DNA of 64,000 bases from Acidobacteriota bacterium (GCA_043718445.1 JAYSVR010000026.1:2900-66899); one strand, 5' to 3'. Counted from the stretch's first letter, positions 48,514-57,959 are shown. Made by a program: numbers and translations. Notes: a model not told the origin generated them from the sequence alone.

Positions 48514-49716
48514 TCAGTCAGCCCTCATCGGTGAACTAGTAAGATTCGGCTCACTCGTTCTGGCGCGTCGTCCACGCCATGCCCAGAACCGACGCCACGA
48601 CAAAGCCAAGCCGGTGTAAACCAAAAAGCACGCGCCTAACGAAGCAATGCCCGCCAGCGTTTGCCCGAATCCGCCCAGCACTTCGCCGGTGTGAGCAAAA
48701 CGCATAATGGTGCGCCATTGACGGCCTTTGGTTCCGTCAGCAAATCGTTCGAGTTTGGTGACTTGTCCGCTGCGATTCAGCGTGAGGGTTTCGCGCTTGT
48801 GCGGTTCGCCGCCCATGCCGGTATCAATCACAAAGGCCAGCGGAGCCGTCGCGTCTTTCGGCAAACGTACATTGATCGTTTGCCAATCGCTGCGGTGTTG
48901 TTTGGCGCGTGGCATCAAGTCATTGAGTGTGCCAAACGAAACAGGCGCGGCGGCAGGAGCAGCAGCAGGCGCATTGGGTGGCGGCCCGGGCGGACGCGGC
49001 GGCCCTGACGGAGGCGCTTCGCCAGCAGCGCGAAAGACGAGATTGCTAGCCCACGGAAACGAAATGATGACTCCGCCCAGCACTACGACAAAAAGCGGTA
49101 CGCAACACCAAAAGCCAATCACGTTATGCCAGTTGAAATCGCGCGCTTTGCTCGGCAAGCCGCGCCGGAACCAAAGCACCTGCTTGATTTGTGTCCACGT
49201 GAGCGAACGCGGAAACCAAAGGTATAAGCCGCTCATAACGATAAACAGGAACAGCAAATTTGATACGCCCGTGATGGCTTTGCCGACGGCTCGTCCTTCG
49301 CCTTCGCGGCCCAGCCAGCGATGCCAGTCAGTCATGACGTGAAAGAAATTCCGCGTGCCTTGTGCGCCTTCGCCCAGCAACGCGCCGGTATAAGGATTGA
49401 CGAACACCGTACGCTCGCCGCGTCCATTCGCGTTAGGAAAACTGACCGAAGCCGGAGCCGCCGCATCGGCGCGCAACGTCAGGCTCGCGGGCGTCGCACC
49501 GGCTTCACTGACTTTGGCGAGCAACGCGGCGGGCGCGAGCGGCGCGGCATTAGTCGAACCAACGGCGACGTTATAAAGGCTCTTGTCGGCGCGGGCGATC
49601 ATTTGCTTTTCATAGGTCAGCAAGACGCCCGTCACTGACAACAGCAAGACAATCAGGCCAGCGGTTACGCCAGCGATTAAGTGGCACCAGAATAATATTT
49701 TGCGAAAGGCTTTCAT
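48514..49716 (-). CDS. PepSY-associated TM helix domain membrane protein
   Basis: The N-terminus MKAFRKILFWCHLIAGVTAGLIVLLLSVTG is typical of PepSY-TM proteins. There are 4 TM segments and a Pro-rich linker. Confidence 0.65.
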   Translation of the reverse strand: MKAFRKILFWCHLIAGVTAGLIVLLLSVTGVLLTYEKQMIARADKSLYNVAVGSTNAAPLAPAALLAKVSEAGATPASLTLRADAAAPASVSFPNANGRGERTVFVNPYTGALLGEGAQGTRNFFHVMTDWHRWLGREGEGRAVGKAITGVSNLLFLFIVMSGLYLWFPRSLTWTQIKQVLWFRRGLPSKARDFNWHNVIGFWCCVPLFVVVLGGVIISFPWASNLVFRAAGEAPPSGPPRPPGPPPNAPAAAPAAAPVSFGTLNDLMPRAKQHRSDWQTINVRLPKDATAPLAFVIDTGMGGEPHKRETLTLNRSGQVTKLERFADGTKGRQWRTIMRFAHTGEVLGGFGQTLAGIASLGACFLVYTGLALSWRRFWAWRGRRARTSEPNLTSSPMRAD

Positions 49717-49719
49717 GGT

Positions 49720-50883
49720 TTATTTCTCTGTCAGTTCGCGTTGCAAACGTTTCATTTCACCGTGTACGGCGTGCAAGGTCATTAGCGCGTGCAACGGATG
49801 CGCACCCGCCGCCACGATGCGTCCGGCGTTGTCGCTGATCTTGGCTGTCGTGCCGACTTCAGCCAACGCGCGCGCCGCGTCGTGGCAATCTGCGCGTAAC
49901 TGATATTCCAGAGTTACGCCATCGAAGTCGGTCAACAAGCGGCGACGCAGCGCGCTGTCGTGCCTCATATCGAACAGCAGCTTGTTCAAGTGATAAGCCT
50001 CAGCGGGCGGGTGTGCATAAAATGCAAAGCCGCCTTGGTCTTTGAAAACATAAGCGGGCGGCGCGACTTCGGGTGGCACAGCGCGTTCGCGTTGCGGCAA
50101 AAAGCGTATCATCGCGTGTCCGTGATGCCACGTCGGCGTGTATTGGATAAGCTCGCCCGGCACTGCGCCAATCGCACCGAACATCACGGCCCACGGCAAA
50201 AGTTCAGTGTTGCCAACTTCGTCAAGTTGTTCTGAAGTCAAAGCCAACAGCGTCTCGATGCGTCCGTGTTCGAGTTCGGCAATCATCCATTTGTCGAAAT
50301 CGAATTCCGGCTGCGGATACTTCCAAGTGCCCGGATAGTGCGACATGCCGCCGCTGGCAATGATACAAACTCTTTCTTTGCGCGACGCGACGACCTCAGC
50401 CAACGCGCGTCCGAACGCCGCACAACGCTTGGGCGTAGGCAGCGGCGGCATATAGACATTCGCATGAATCGGCACGACCGGAATCTCACGTCCACCAATA
50501 ACAAACTCGAACGGCACGGCAAACGTATGCCCCAACACCGCGTCTTCTGAATAAGCCAGATCAAAATCGTTGCGCACCAGTTGATTCAGCAAGTCTTCGG
50601 CGTATTCACGATGAATCGGCAGATCGAATTTGCGTCCGGCGAATTCCGCCGTCGCGCGATTGCCCGCGACAATCGCAAACGTAGGCACGCAACCAATCGA
50701 AAACGTTTCGAGGTGATCACTGCCGAGAAACAGAATCACATCGGGTTTGGTCTCATCCAGAATCTTGCCGAGTTCGCGCATGCCCGCGATGCTGGCATCG
50801 AGTTGCGCTGGGTCTTCGTCCGGCGGATAAGTGAAAAGTTGCGGTGCGTGGCAGGTGGCAAAAGCGGCTACGATCTCACCCAT
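49720..50883 (-). CDS. Class III extradiol ring-cleavage dioxygenase (LigB family, with a C-terminal LigA-like extension; gallate/protocatechuate-4,5-dioxygenase-like)
   Basis: LigB motifs CHAPQL, LGSDHLE and the conserved His pattern. 387-aa fused architecture. Confidence 0.7.
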   Translation of the reverse strand: MGEIVAAFATCHAPQLFTYPPDEDPAQLDASIAGMRELGKILDETKPDVILFLGSDHLETFSIGCVPTFAIVAGNRATAEFAGRKFDLPIHREYAEDLLNQLVRNDFDLAYSEDAVLGHTFAVPFEFVIGGREIPVVPIHANVYMPPLPTPKRCAAFGRALAEVVASRKERVCIIASGGMSHYPGTWKYPQPEFDFDKWMIAELEHGRIETLLALTSEQLDEVGNTELLPWAVMFGAIGAVPGELIQYTPTWHHGHAMIRFLPQRERAVPPEVAPPAYVFKDQGGFAFYAHPPAEAYHLNKLLFDMRHDSALRRRLLTDFDGVTLEYQLRADCHDAARALAEVGTTAKISDNAGRIVAAGAHPLHALMTLHAVHGEMKRLQRELTEK

Positions 50884-51583
50884 TCTGATTGTCTCCCCCC
50901 TCGGTATATTCGACGTATTCGACGCCTAACTCAGCCAGCTTTGCACGCAAGCCTTGAATGTTGACACTATATTCACCGGCCTTTAAGCGCGCGCGAACTT
51001 GCTCTTCTTTCTCAACTCGTTCTTGCCCCAGCCGTGCGACTTCGGCGGCGTGCGCGCGTGGGACGATGACGACACCGTCTACGTCACCGACAACGACATC
51101 ACCGGGGTTCACCTGCGCGCCTGCGCAAACGATGGGCACGTTCACCGAACCGGGCACCACTTTCAGCGGCCCTTGCGCTGAAATTGCTTTGGCCCACACG
51201 GGAAAATTCATCGTCGTGAGATCGGCTACATCGCGTATGCCTGCATCCAAGATCAAGCCGCGTATGCCGTGAGTCTGACACGAAGTCCCCATCAGTTCGC
51301 CGAACATGCCGCAGGTCGAAGGTGAAGTCGTTGCCACGATTAACACGTCGCCCGGCTGACAAACTTCAATCGCGGCGTGAATCATCATGTTGTCGCCGGG
51401 GTGGCATAAAACTGTTATGGCAGAACCAGCCAGCCGCGCCGTCGGATAGATCGGACGCATATAAGGTTGCAGCAAGCCCGTGCGATTTTGCGCCTCTGAG
51501 ACCGTGGCGGAACCTTGCGCGCCCAGCGCCTTGATAAGTTCAGCATCGGCGCGCTGAATGTTTCTGACGACTACGTTTTTCAT
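50876..51583 (-). CDS. RraA-like 4-hydroxy-4-methyl-2-oxoglutarate / 4-carboxy-4-hydroxy-2-oxoadipate aldolase
   Basis: RraA/MenG fold (GDVLIV, GIRGLILDAGIRD). The start MKNVVVRN is ATGA-coupled to the upstream gene. Confidence 0.75.
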   Translation of the reverse strand: MKNVVVRNIQRADAELIKALGAQGSATVSEAQNRTGLLQPYMRPIYPTARLAGSAITVLCHPGDNMMIHAAIEVCQPGDVLIVATTSPSTCGMFGELMGTSCQTHGIRGLILDAGIRDVADLTTMNFPVWAKAISAQGPLKVVPGSVNVPIVCAGAQVNPGDVVVGDVDGVVIVPRAHAAEVARLGQERVEKEEQVRARLKAGEYSVNIQGLRAKLAELGVEYVEYTEGGDNQNG

Positions 51584-52308
51584 GAAATCGGCTCCATCGT
51601 GACTTGCGGATAAACGCGTTGAAAGGCTTCGGCGTAAACAATCGCGGGATTGCCCGAATTGCGTCCGCCCTGCGTGCCGCGCCGTTTGGCAACGTCGGTG
51701 TAGTAATTCCAGAGATGCGTTTGCGCATCCATGCAATGCATCGCTTTGACCTTCGTTTCAAACACCAGCGTGATGTCCAAAATCACATCCGGCTTGAACT
51801 CGCACATCTCGGTTTGATGCGGCTCGAAATAAAACACGGGCGGAGCGCCCAGATGTTTGTGTTCGCTGGGATAACCCATTGCTTGAGCATAAATGCGCGC
51901 ATTCATCGTGAGTTTAGAAGTCTCGACGTGATCGCCGTTGTAAGGGTCAATCGGCGTATGCGTCATCACGCACGTTGGTTGATAACTGCGAAATTCCTGC
52001 ACGAGTTCTTCGGTCAGTTGCGGCGTCACGCCCAACGGATAATCGCCCGCATTAAAGCAGCGAATCTCTGCACCCAATGTTTCAGCGGCCTTGACGGCTT
52101 CGGCGTGGCGAATCTCTTTAACCTTTTCGATAGTCATGCCTTCTTTCTTCCACAGCCCTTGCGACTCGCCGCGTTCGCCATAAGACAAACACAGCACCCG
52201 CACCCGCGCGCCGCGCGCCGCATAAAGCGCAATGGCTCCGCCCGCGCGCCAGACGAAATCAGCCGCATGCGCGCTGACAACCAACAAACGTTCATTCTCC
52301 CAACTCAT
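51580..52308 (-). CDS. LmbE/PIG-L-like Zn-dependent enzyme (candidate 4-oxalomesaconate hydratase, GalB-like)
   Basis: PIG-L motif LLVVSAHADDFVW-like (AHAADFVW) and the HxxH region. The gene sits in the operon with the ring-cleavage dioxygenase and aldolase. Confidence 0.55.
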   Translation of the reverse strand: MSWENERLLVVSAHAADFVWRAGGAIALYAARGARVRVLCLSYGERGESQGLWKKEGMTIEKVKEIRHAEAVKAAETLGAEIRCFNAGDYPLGVTPQLTEELVQEFRSYQPTCVMTHTPIDPYNGDHVETSKLTMNARIYAQAMGYPSEHKHLGAPPVFYFEPHQTEMCEFKPDVILDITLVFETKVKAMHCMDAQTHLWNYYTDVAKRRGTQGGRNSGNPAIVYAEAFQRVYPQVTMEPIS

Positions 52309-52376
52309 TGCTATCCTCTCTCAAGTCTCAAATCTGAAATGTCAGTTTTCTTAGGAAATTGAATACTCGCTTTGGT

Positions 52377-52471
52377 TTGAGTGGGAATTCGCCACAAAGA
52401 AGCACATAAACCACAAAAGAAAAGAAAAATTTTGTGGCTCTTGTGCTTTTTTGCGGCGAATTCCCACTCAA
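52377..52471. repeat. Long imperfect inverted repeat (about 40-bp arms with about 6 mismatches, 11-nt A-rich loop) between the amidohydrolase and LmbE-like genes
   Basis: ttgagtgggaattcgccacaaagaagcacataaaccacaaaa ... ttttgtggctcttgtgcttttttgcggcgaattcccactcaa. Confidence 0.5.
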
Positions 52472-52505
52472 GTTAAAGGTAGAATTTAAATTTCCAAACA
52501 AGCTC

Positions 52506-53429
52506 TTAGTGAATCAGCCCCGACGGAATCGTCACTGCCATCTGTTTAACTTCGGCAACTGAATAGCCCGCATCGAGAAAGCGTTGCGCAAACATCGCAA
52601 AGCCTTCGGCCACCGGCGGATTGGTTTTCTGCCCCAAGTCGGTCGCCAGCATCGAACGTTCAACGCCCGTTGTGCGAATGTTCGCAAAGACCGAGTCCCA
52701 CGTAGCTTTGTTGGTGTGATAGGTCGTGAAGCAATGCTCAATAATCGCGCCGAGGTCGGCGAGTGCGGCTTGCTCTTCACCAGTCAGGTTTTGCGAAGGA
52801 AACTCAGCGTGTGTGACGATGACGCGCTTGACGCCGCTTTCGCGCGCAGCTTTCACCAGTGGAAAGATTTCGTGACGACCTAAATGTCCGGTCGCCAAAA
52901 TCATGTCGTGCTTGGCAATGAGTTCAAGGCACTGACGCGCGTCTTCGTTGATCGCACCCGCTTCATTCAACACCGTCATCGGCGGTCGCGTAATGCCCGC
53001 CGCCGCGATCTCGCGTTGAATCTTTGCCCAGAACGGCAGTTTCACATTCGGGCCGTCGAGCCGTCCGGCGGTTTCGTTCGCGGCGTCTACCGTAGGGAAC
53101 CAGACGATCTTGTTGCCTGAACGTCCGGCGATTTCGACCGCGACGGGATTCAAGCCGCCTACGCTATGATTGAGCGCGATGGCTCCGTAAGCCTCAATGC
53201 CCGGCACGCATTTGGTCACAACTTGCGCACGCTCGGCGGTCGGGATGTAATGCGATTTCAACACGAAGCCTTTCATACCGCGCGCCAGAAAATCGTGCGC
53301 GAGGTCTACGTCGTCAATGCGGCGTTCGATCACATCGGGCGCCACGTGAATTTGTAAGTCATACGCGCCTTGCAAGGCTTCCCACGCTGCGTCGGTCACT
53401 GGCGTAACTACGTCGTTATGTTCGCTCAT
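52506..53429 (-). CDS. Amidohydrolase-2-type TIM-barrel metal-dependent hydrolase (LigI/LigJ-like lactonase or hydratase candidate)
   Basis: 307 aa. The beta-strand/His/Asp pattern (VIVTHAEFP, ATDLG) is typical of PF04909-like hydrolases. It is first in the catabolic operon. Confidence 0.55.
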   Translation of the reverse strand: MSEHNDVVTPVTDAAWEALQGAYDLQIHVAPDVIERRIDDVDLAHDFLARGMKGFVLKSHYIPTAERAQVVTKCVPGIEAYGAIALNHSVGGLNPVAVEIAGRSGNKIVWFPTVDAANETAGRLDGPNVKLPFWAKIQREIAAAGITRPPMTVLNEAGAINEDARQCLELIAKHDMILATGHLGRHEIFPLVKAARESGVKRVIVTHAEFPSQNLTGEEQAALADLGAIIEHCFTTYHTNKATWDSVFANIRTTGVERSMLATDLGQKTNPPVAEGFAMFAQRFLDAGYSVAEVKQMAVTIPSGLIH

Positions 53430-53656
53430 CTTGCTCCCTCAGAATTGATGGTGATAGTGGAATGTTTTGGATACTTCGGGCGGCAGTATGCTGTTGCACT
53501 TTCGTGCGGTCAAGCCTCACGGCGAGATTCTGATATGACAGATTGATTTTCGCACCGACCAATTCTTGACACTGCCCAGCCCGGTCAGCATACTCCGGCG
53601 CACTTGCCTGAGACTTGATTTAACGCAACCAAATTAACGCAACCGGGGGAACCTTT
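53430..53656. promoter_or_regulatory. Divergent promoter/operator region between the catabolic operon (-) and the GntR regulator (+). It contains the direct repeat ttaacgcaacc x2 just upstream of the GntR start.
   Basis: 227-bp intergenic region. The repeat lies at about 53620-53645. No experimental support. Confidence 0.3.
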
Positions 53657-54364
53657 ATGAAAGAAACGTCTGCCACCGCCAGTTTATCGGCTGAAGCCTA
53701 TCTAATTTTGCGCGAAAAGATTTTGCGCGGCGAATTGCCCATCGGCCAAGTCGTCTCGCGCCGCAAAGTCGCCGTCGAACTCGGTATGAGCATGCTGCCC
53801 GTGTCAGAAGCCTTGCAGCGGCTGGAACTGGAAGGCCTGCTCGAAAGTCGCCCGCGCGCCGGTACGCGTGTCAAGATTCCGACCGAAGACGAAGTGCGCG
53901 GCCATTATGTCGTGCGCGAAGCGTTAGAAGTGCAAGCCGCCAAACTTTTTGCCGAAGTCGCCACCGCTTCAGAACGGACTGAATTACAAAAGCTCGCAGC
54001 GCGCGTTGACGCGCTTTCTACCAAGGCGGGCAAAGATCGGTTTCTCTATCTGTCACACCACGAAAAATTGCATCGCCGCATTGCCGAAGGAGCGCATTGC
54101 CAACCGTTATGCGACGCCATCGAAAAAAACCAAGTGTTGGCCTCGACCTGGCTGTGTGTGCCGCGCGCGAAAGCGACGAACGAACCGTCGCGCCGCCATC
54201 AGGACTTAGCCGCTACGTTGTGCAACGAAAGCCCGAAAGTCGCGGCGGAGGCGATGCGCAAACACGTGCAAAATGCGCTGAAAAATACGCTGGGCCGTTT
54301 GGAGTCTTACTTTCTGATACGCCAAACGGCACAAACCGTTTTTACCCGCAGCCGCAAATCGTAG
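53657..54364 (+). CDS. GntR-family (FadR/FCD subfamily) transcriptional regulator
   Basis: Winged HTH segment LREKILRGELPIGQVVSRRKVAVELGMSMLPVSEALQRLELEGLLESRPRAGTRV, plus a helical FCD domain. Confidence 0.85.
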   Translation: MKETSATASLSAEAYLILREKILRGELPIGQVVSRRKVAVELGMSMLPVSEALQRLELEGLLESRPRAGTRVKIPTEDEVRGHYVVREALEVQAAKLFAEVATASERTELQKLAARVDALSTKAGKDRFLYLSHHEKLHRRIAEGAHCQPLCDAIEKNQVLASTWLCVPRAKATNEPSRRHQDLAATLCNESPKVAAEAMRKHVQNALKNTLGRLESYFLIRQTAQTVFTRSRKS

Positions 54365-54651
54365 CTCGCTTGAGCGTTTTCTTTATAGTTCAACTCTGAC
54401 ATACCAGTTGCCAATAGCCTAAGCACTCAGCCACTTAGCGACGCTTTACGCTGGTGCGAAGCAACCGTTGGCTTCGTGTTCCGCACTCTTCCAAACCACA
54501 CGGCGCACTGGCTACGGCATTGAGCCAGCCGCGCGAAGTCGCCTATACTGCGCGCCGCCCCGAACGTACTTAGCCCGGCATTATCGGCACGACATCAATT
54601 TAGCTTCACTGACGGCAAGCAGAGTTTCACTGACTTGAGGAACAGCAAGGT

Positions 54652-57516
54652 ATGGCAGACCAATTCAACTACGACGTATTCCTGAGCCACAGCAGCCACG
54701 ACAAAGACATCGTGCGCGCCGTCGCCGAACGCTTGCGGGCAGACGGGCTGCGCGTGTGGTTGGATGAATGGATATTGAAGCCCGGCGACAGCGTTCCGGC
54801 GAAGATTGACGAAGGCTTGGAGCAGTCGCGCGTGCTGGTGCTGTGCATGTCCGCGCAGGCGTTCGGCTCTGACTGGGCGCAGTTGGAAAGTTATACGTTC
54901 CGGTTCCGCGACCCGCTGAATAAAGGGCGGCGCTTCGTTTCGCTGCGACTCGATGCGGCAGAGATCAAGGCTTCGCTGGCGCAATTCTTCTATATCAACT
55001 GGCTGCCGGAAGCGCGCGAGCAAGAGTATGCCAAGTTGCTTGAAGCCTGCCGCCCGCCTGCTCCGCCCTTGCTTGACCGGCGCGCCGTGGAGCTAGCCTA
55101 TCTGAACCGCTTGCAGGCAGAAGAAGAACTCGATCAAAACCGGCAAACGCGGCGTTACACGCAACTCGGCGGGCAGGCGCAAAAGCTTCGTCCTAAAGTC
55201 TGCGCGGCATACGAACGCCGCTCGGCGCGCGAGGGCGAGCCGCAAGCGCCCGAGCCGGTTGAGAACGTCGTTGAAACAATTCTCACGCTGCGACAAGCCG
55301 CGTTGCTCGGCGAACCCGGGGCCGGCAAAACCACTACGCTTTGGTTGCTGGCCGTCAACTTGCTCGCAACGGCACGCCAAAATTCAGCAGCGCCGCTGCC
55401 ATTGTTGATTCGTTTGGGGCGCTGGACCGAAGCCGAACAAACGCTGCCGGCGTTTATGGCTGCGCAATTGGGGGAACTCGGCGCGCATCTCGAAACGCTC
55501 CTCCAAGAAAAACGCGCGGCGTTGTTGTTAGATGGCTTGAATGAATTGCCCGTCAGCCAGCGCAAAAGCAAATATCCGCAAGTGCAAAAACTCATTAAGC
55601 AATATCCGCAGTTGCTGGCGGTCGTTTCGTGCCGCCAGCTCGATTACGAAGACAAAGATAATGAGCTTAAGCTGGGCTTTGATGTCATCAACATCAAGCC
55701 GCTCGACCCGCTGCGGATGCTTGAGTTTGTGCAACGCGATTTGGGTGATGACGAACTGGGCGAGAAAATGTTTTGGGACGAGTTGGCGGGTAAGGATACG
55801 CAACAAACCTATCAACGCTTTAGGCAGGAGGTCGCCAGCCAATTGAAAGAGCCGGAACAGACTTTCTGGAACGCAGGCCGCTTGCCGTCGGGCGTGTATT
55901 GGGGTTGGCGTTATCGCGACGAAAAAGACGAGAAGCCTGACAACAGCTATTGGGAAAACTGGCTGAAGCGGCGCGACCAGCCCTCGAGCCTGATGCTGAT
56001 GGCGCGTAACCCTTACCTGCTTTCGATGCTGGTTTCAGAATTCGCGGAGGCGCGCAAACTGCCGGACAATCGCGGCGATTTGTTTCGGGCCTTTGTCAAA
56101 CGCTTGCTGCAACGCGAATGTGAGTCGTTGACCGATGAGGCACAACAAACGGCCTTGCGCGGCGAGCACGAAACCTTAAAGCAGAAACTTGCGGAACTCG
56201 CTTTCGCCATGCAGGTTCGCCGGAATGAAGGCACAGAAAGCGATGCCTGGACGGCGCTGCCCAAAGCCGCCGCGCTCGACATTTTGACCGAGCCGCAATT
56301 TTATCTGGCGGGCAACGCCAGCATCCTCAGCCTTAATGAACCGGTGCGCTTTTCGCATCAACTCTTGCAGGAATATTTCGCTGCGCAATTCATGGACATC
56401 CGCTTCCGCGCCGGAGACTTGCAAGCCGAAAAGCTGTGGCCGCGCACCAACTGGTGGGTGCGCACGAACTGGGAAGAGGCCGCAGTGTTATGGGCAGGCT
56501 TGAAAACCGCTGATTGCTCAGAGGTCGTCGAATGGATCGCCGCCGCCAACCCCGAAGTCGCCGCGCAATGCATCGTGCGCAGCGGCGCGCATACGCCTGA
56601 CGCCACGAGCGCACGGTTGCGTGACCAATGGTTGCCGCGTCTGGCTGATCTAAATCTCGAACCTGAACCGCAAGCCCGCGCCGCGCTTGGGCGCGCGTTA
56701 GGGCAAATTATCGGCTTGGATAATCGTCAGGGGATTAGCTTGCCTGACCTCAAGCGCGACGAAAGCTGGATCGAAATTCCCGGCGGTAAGTTTCAATACG
56801 GATTAGCCAATGACGACTGGGCCGCGAAACCGAGCCAGCCAGATTTAGCTACTTTCTGGATCAGCCGCTATCCGGTCACGCACGCGCAATTCCGCTGCTT
56901 TCTGGATGACGCCGAAGGGCACGGCGACTCGCGTTGGTGGGAAGGCTTGGCAGCGAACGAAGACAGCCGCCAACCCGTCGAACCGTCTTTCAAATTCGAC
57001 AATCATCCCCGCGACACGGTGAATTGGTACGAAGCCGTCGCCTTTTGCCGCTGGCTGTCGTGGCGTTGGGGCGGTGGCTATGACTTGCGCAAGATTGACG
57101 ACTGGAAGGTGCGGCTGCCCACCGAGTTTGAATGGGAGAAAGCGGCGCGCGGGACTGACGGGCGGCTCTATCCATACGAGGGCGAATTCGACCCGACCAA
57201 GAGCAACGTGGATAAAACTGGTATTGGCAAGACTAGCGCCGTGGGAATTTTCCCCAACGGTGCGTCGCCTTATGGCGTTGAAGAAATGAGCGGCAACGTG
57301 TGGGAGTGGTGCTTGAGCGATTACGACAAGCCGCAAAAAGACGCACGCAAAGAGAAATTGGGCACGGATAATAATCGTGTCCTGCGGGGCGGCGCGTGGA
57401 ACTACGATCGGGACGACGCGCGCGCCGTCTTTCGTAACCTCAATCCGCCGGGCTTCCGTAACGACGATCTCGGTTTTCGGGTGGTGTTGTTTCGTCCCCC
57501 TTCTGTTCTGCTCTGA
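54652..57516 (+). CDS. TIR - NACHT-like STAND NTPase - FGE/SUMF1(formylglycine-generating-enzyme fold) three-domain protein, a candidate immune sensor/effector
   Basis: TIR: YDVFLSHSSHDKDIVRAVAERLRADGLRVWLDEW...KIDEGLEQSRVLVLCMSAQAFGSDWAQLE, with a Glu in the GLEQS position. NTPase: Walker A GEPGAGKTT, Walker B LLLDGLNEL, sensor VVSCRQ. C-terminus: FGE-sulfatase fold (YPVTHAQF..NHPRDTVNWYEAVAFCRWLS..RLPTEFEWEKAARG..YPYG..SPYGVEEMSGNVWEWC..RVLRGGAWNYDRDDARAVFRN..GFR) but with no Cys in the region where FGE has its catalytic cysteine pair. Confidence 0.85.
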   Translation: MADQFNYDVFLSHSSHDKDIVRAVAERLRADGLRVWLDEWILKPGDSVPAKIDEGLEQSRVLVLCMSAQAFGSDWAQLESYTFRFRDPLNKGRRFVSLRLDAAEIKASLAQFFYINWLPEAREQEYAKLLEACRPPAPPLLDRRAVELAYLNRLQAEEELDQNRQTRRYTQLGGQAQKLRPKVCAAYERRSAREGEPQAPEPVENVVETILTLRQAALLGEPGAGKTTTLWLLAVNLLATARQNSAAPLPLLIRLGRWTEAEQTLPAFMAAQLGELGAHLETLLQEKRAALLLDGLNELPVSQRKSKYPQVQKLIKQYPQLLAVVSCRQLDYEDKDNELKLGFDVINIKPLDPLRMLEFVQRDLGDDELGEKMFWDELAGKDTQQTYQRFRQEVASQLKEPEQTFWNAGRLPSGVYWGWRYRDEKDEKPDNSYWENWLKRRDQPSSLMLMARNPYLLSMLVSEFAEARKLPDNRGDLFRAFVKRLLQRECESLTDEAQQTALRGEHETLKQKLAELAFAMQVRRNEGTESDAWTALPKAAALDILTEPQFYLAGNASILSLNEPVRFSHQLLQEYFAAQFMDIRFRAGDLQAEKLWPRTNWWVRTNWEEAAVLWAGLKTADCSEVVEWIAAANPEVAAQCIVRSGAHTPDATSARLRDQWLPRLADLNLEPEPQARAALGRALGQIIGLDNRQGISLPDLKRDESWIEIPGGKFQYGLANDDWAAKPSQPDLATFWISRYPVTHAQFRCFLDDAEGHGDSRWWEGLAANEDSRQPVEPSFKFDNHPRDTVNWYEAVAFCRWLSWRWGGGYDLRKIDDWKVRLPTEFEWEKAARGTDGRLYPYEGEFDPTKSNVDKTGIGKTSAVGIFPNGASPYGVEEMSGNVWEWCLSDYDKPQKDARKEKLGTDNNRVLRGGAWNYDRDDARAVFRNLNPPGFRNDDLGFRVVLFRPPSVLL

Positions 57517-57619
57517 TCACTGTTCCTGGGCGGTGCGCGAAGCGCAGGCGCGTATGCGCCAGCCCGCTGCGCCGCTTTGGGCGCAGCCGAAAATTTTTTT
57601 GCTTTTTGACACAGTGAGC

Positions 57620-57730
57620 TGACTGCCGCCCCGCAGGTTCGTCATGATGCGTGCCGTCAATCGTAACAACAACTCGCCGGGCAACCGTAACAACAATACG
57701 GGTTTTCGGCTGTTGGTGGCGCGTCCCACT
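57620..57730 (+). pseudogene. Degenerate duplicate of the last about 100 nt (FGE-domain C-terminus) of the upstream gene
   Basis: Encoded AVNRNNNSPGNRNNNTGFRLLVARP parallels the gene tail AVFRNLNPPGFRNDDLGFRVVLFRP. Nucleotide identity is about 75 percent with identical register. Confidence 0.45.
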
Positions 57731-57929
57731 CCTTTCGTCCCTCTTCAAGGGCCTGAGGCACGGGCTTCAGTGCGAGTCGTCCTTTTTGTTTATCAAGAAG
57801 CGAGGCTTCCAGCATTGCTGGCCGAGTAAGCTTTGCCAGCCGCAGCGAAGAACTGAAAGAAGGCGCAGTCGAGTCCCGTCCGCACGGCCAAGCTGAATAA
57901 AGCCAAACACCGTCGGGCGCATACAAAAG

Positions 57930-57959
57930 CAACAGCCGGACACGCGTGTCCGGCTGTTG
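57930..57959 (+). terminator. Perfect 15-bp palindromic hairpin (caacagccggacacg/cgtgtccggctgttg), terminator-like
   Basis: Read from the sequence. It is followed by a weak T-tract tcgtatcc. Confidence 0.35.

Noticed and set aside
40390-53545. Recurrence of the 12-mer ctgatatgacag (inside the PQQ-ADH gene and in the GntR divergent promoter) as a possible shared operator
   Set aside because: Only two to three loose copies were seen, one of them inside coding sequence, and the motif is not palindromic. This is most likely coincidence. It cannot be supported without a genome-wide count.
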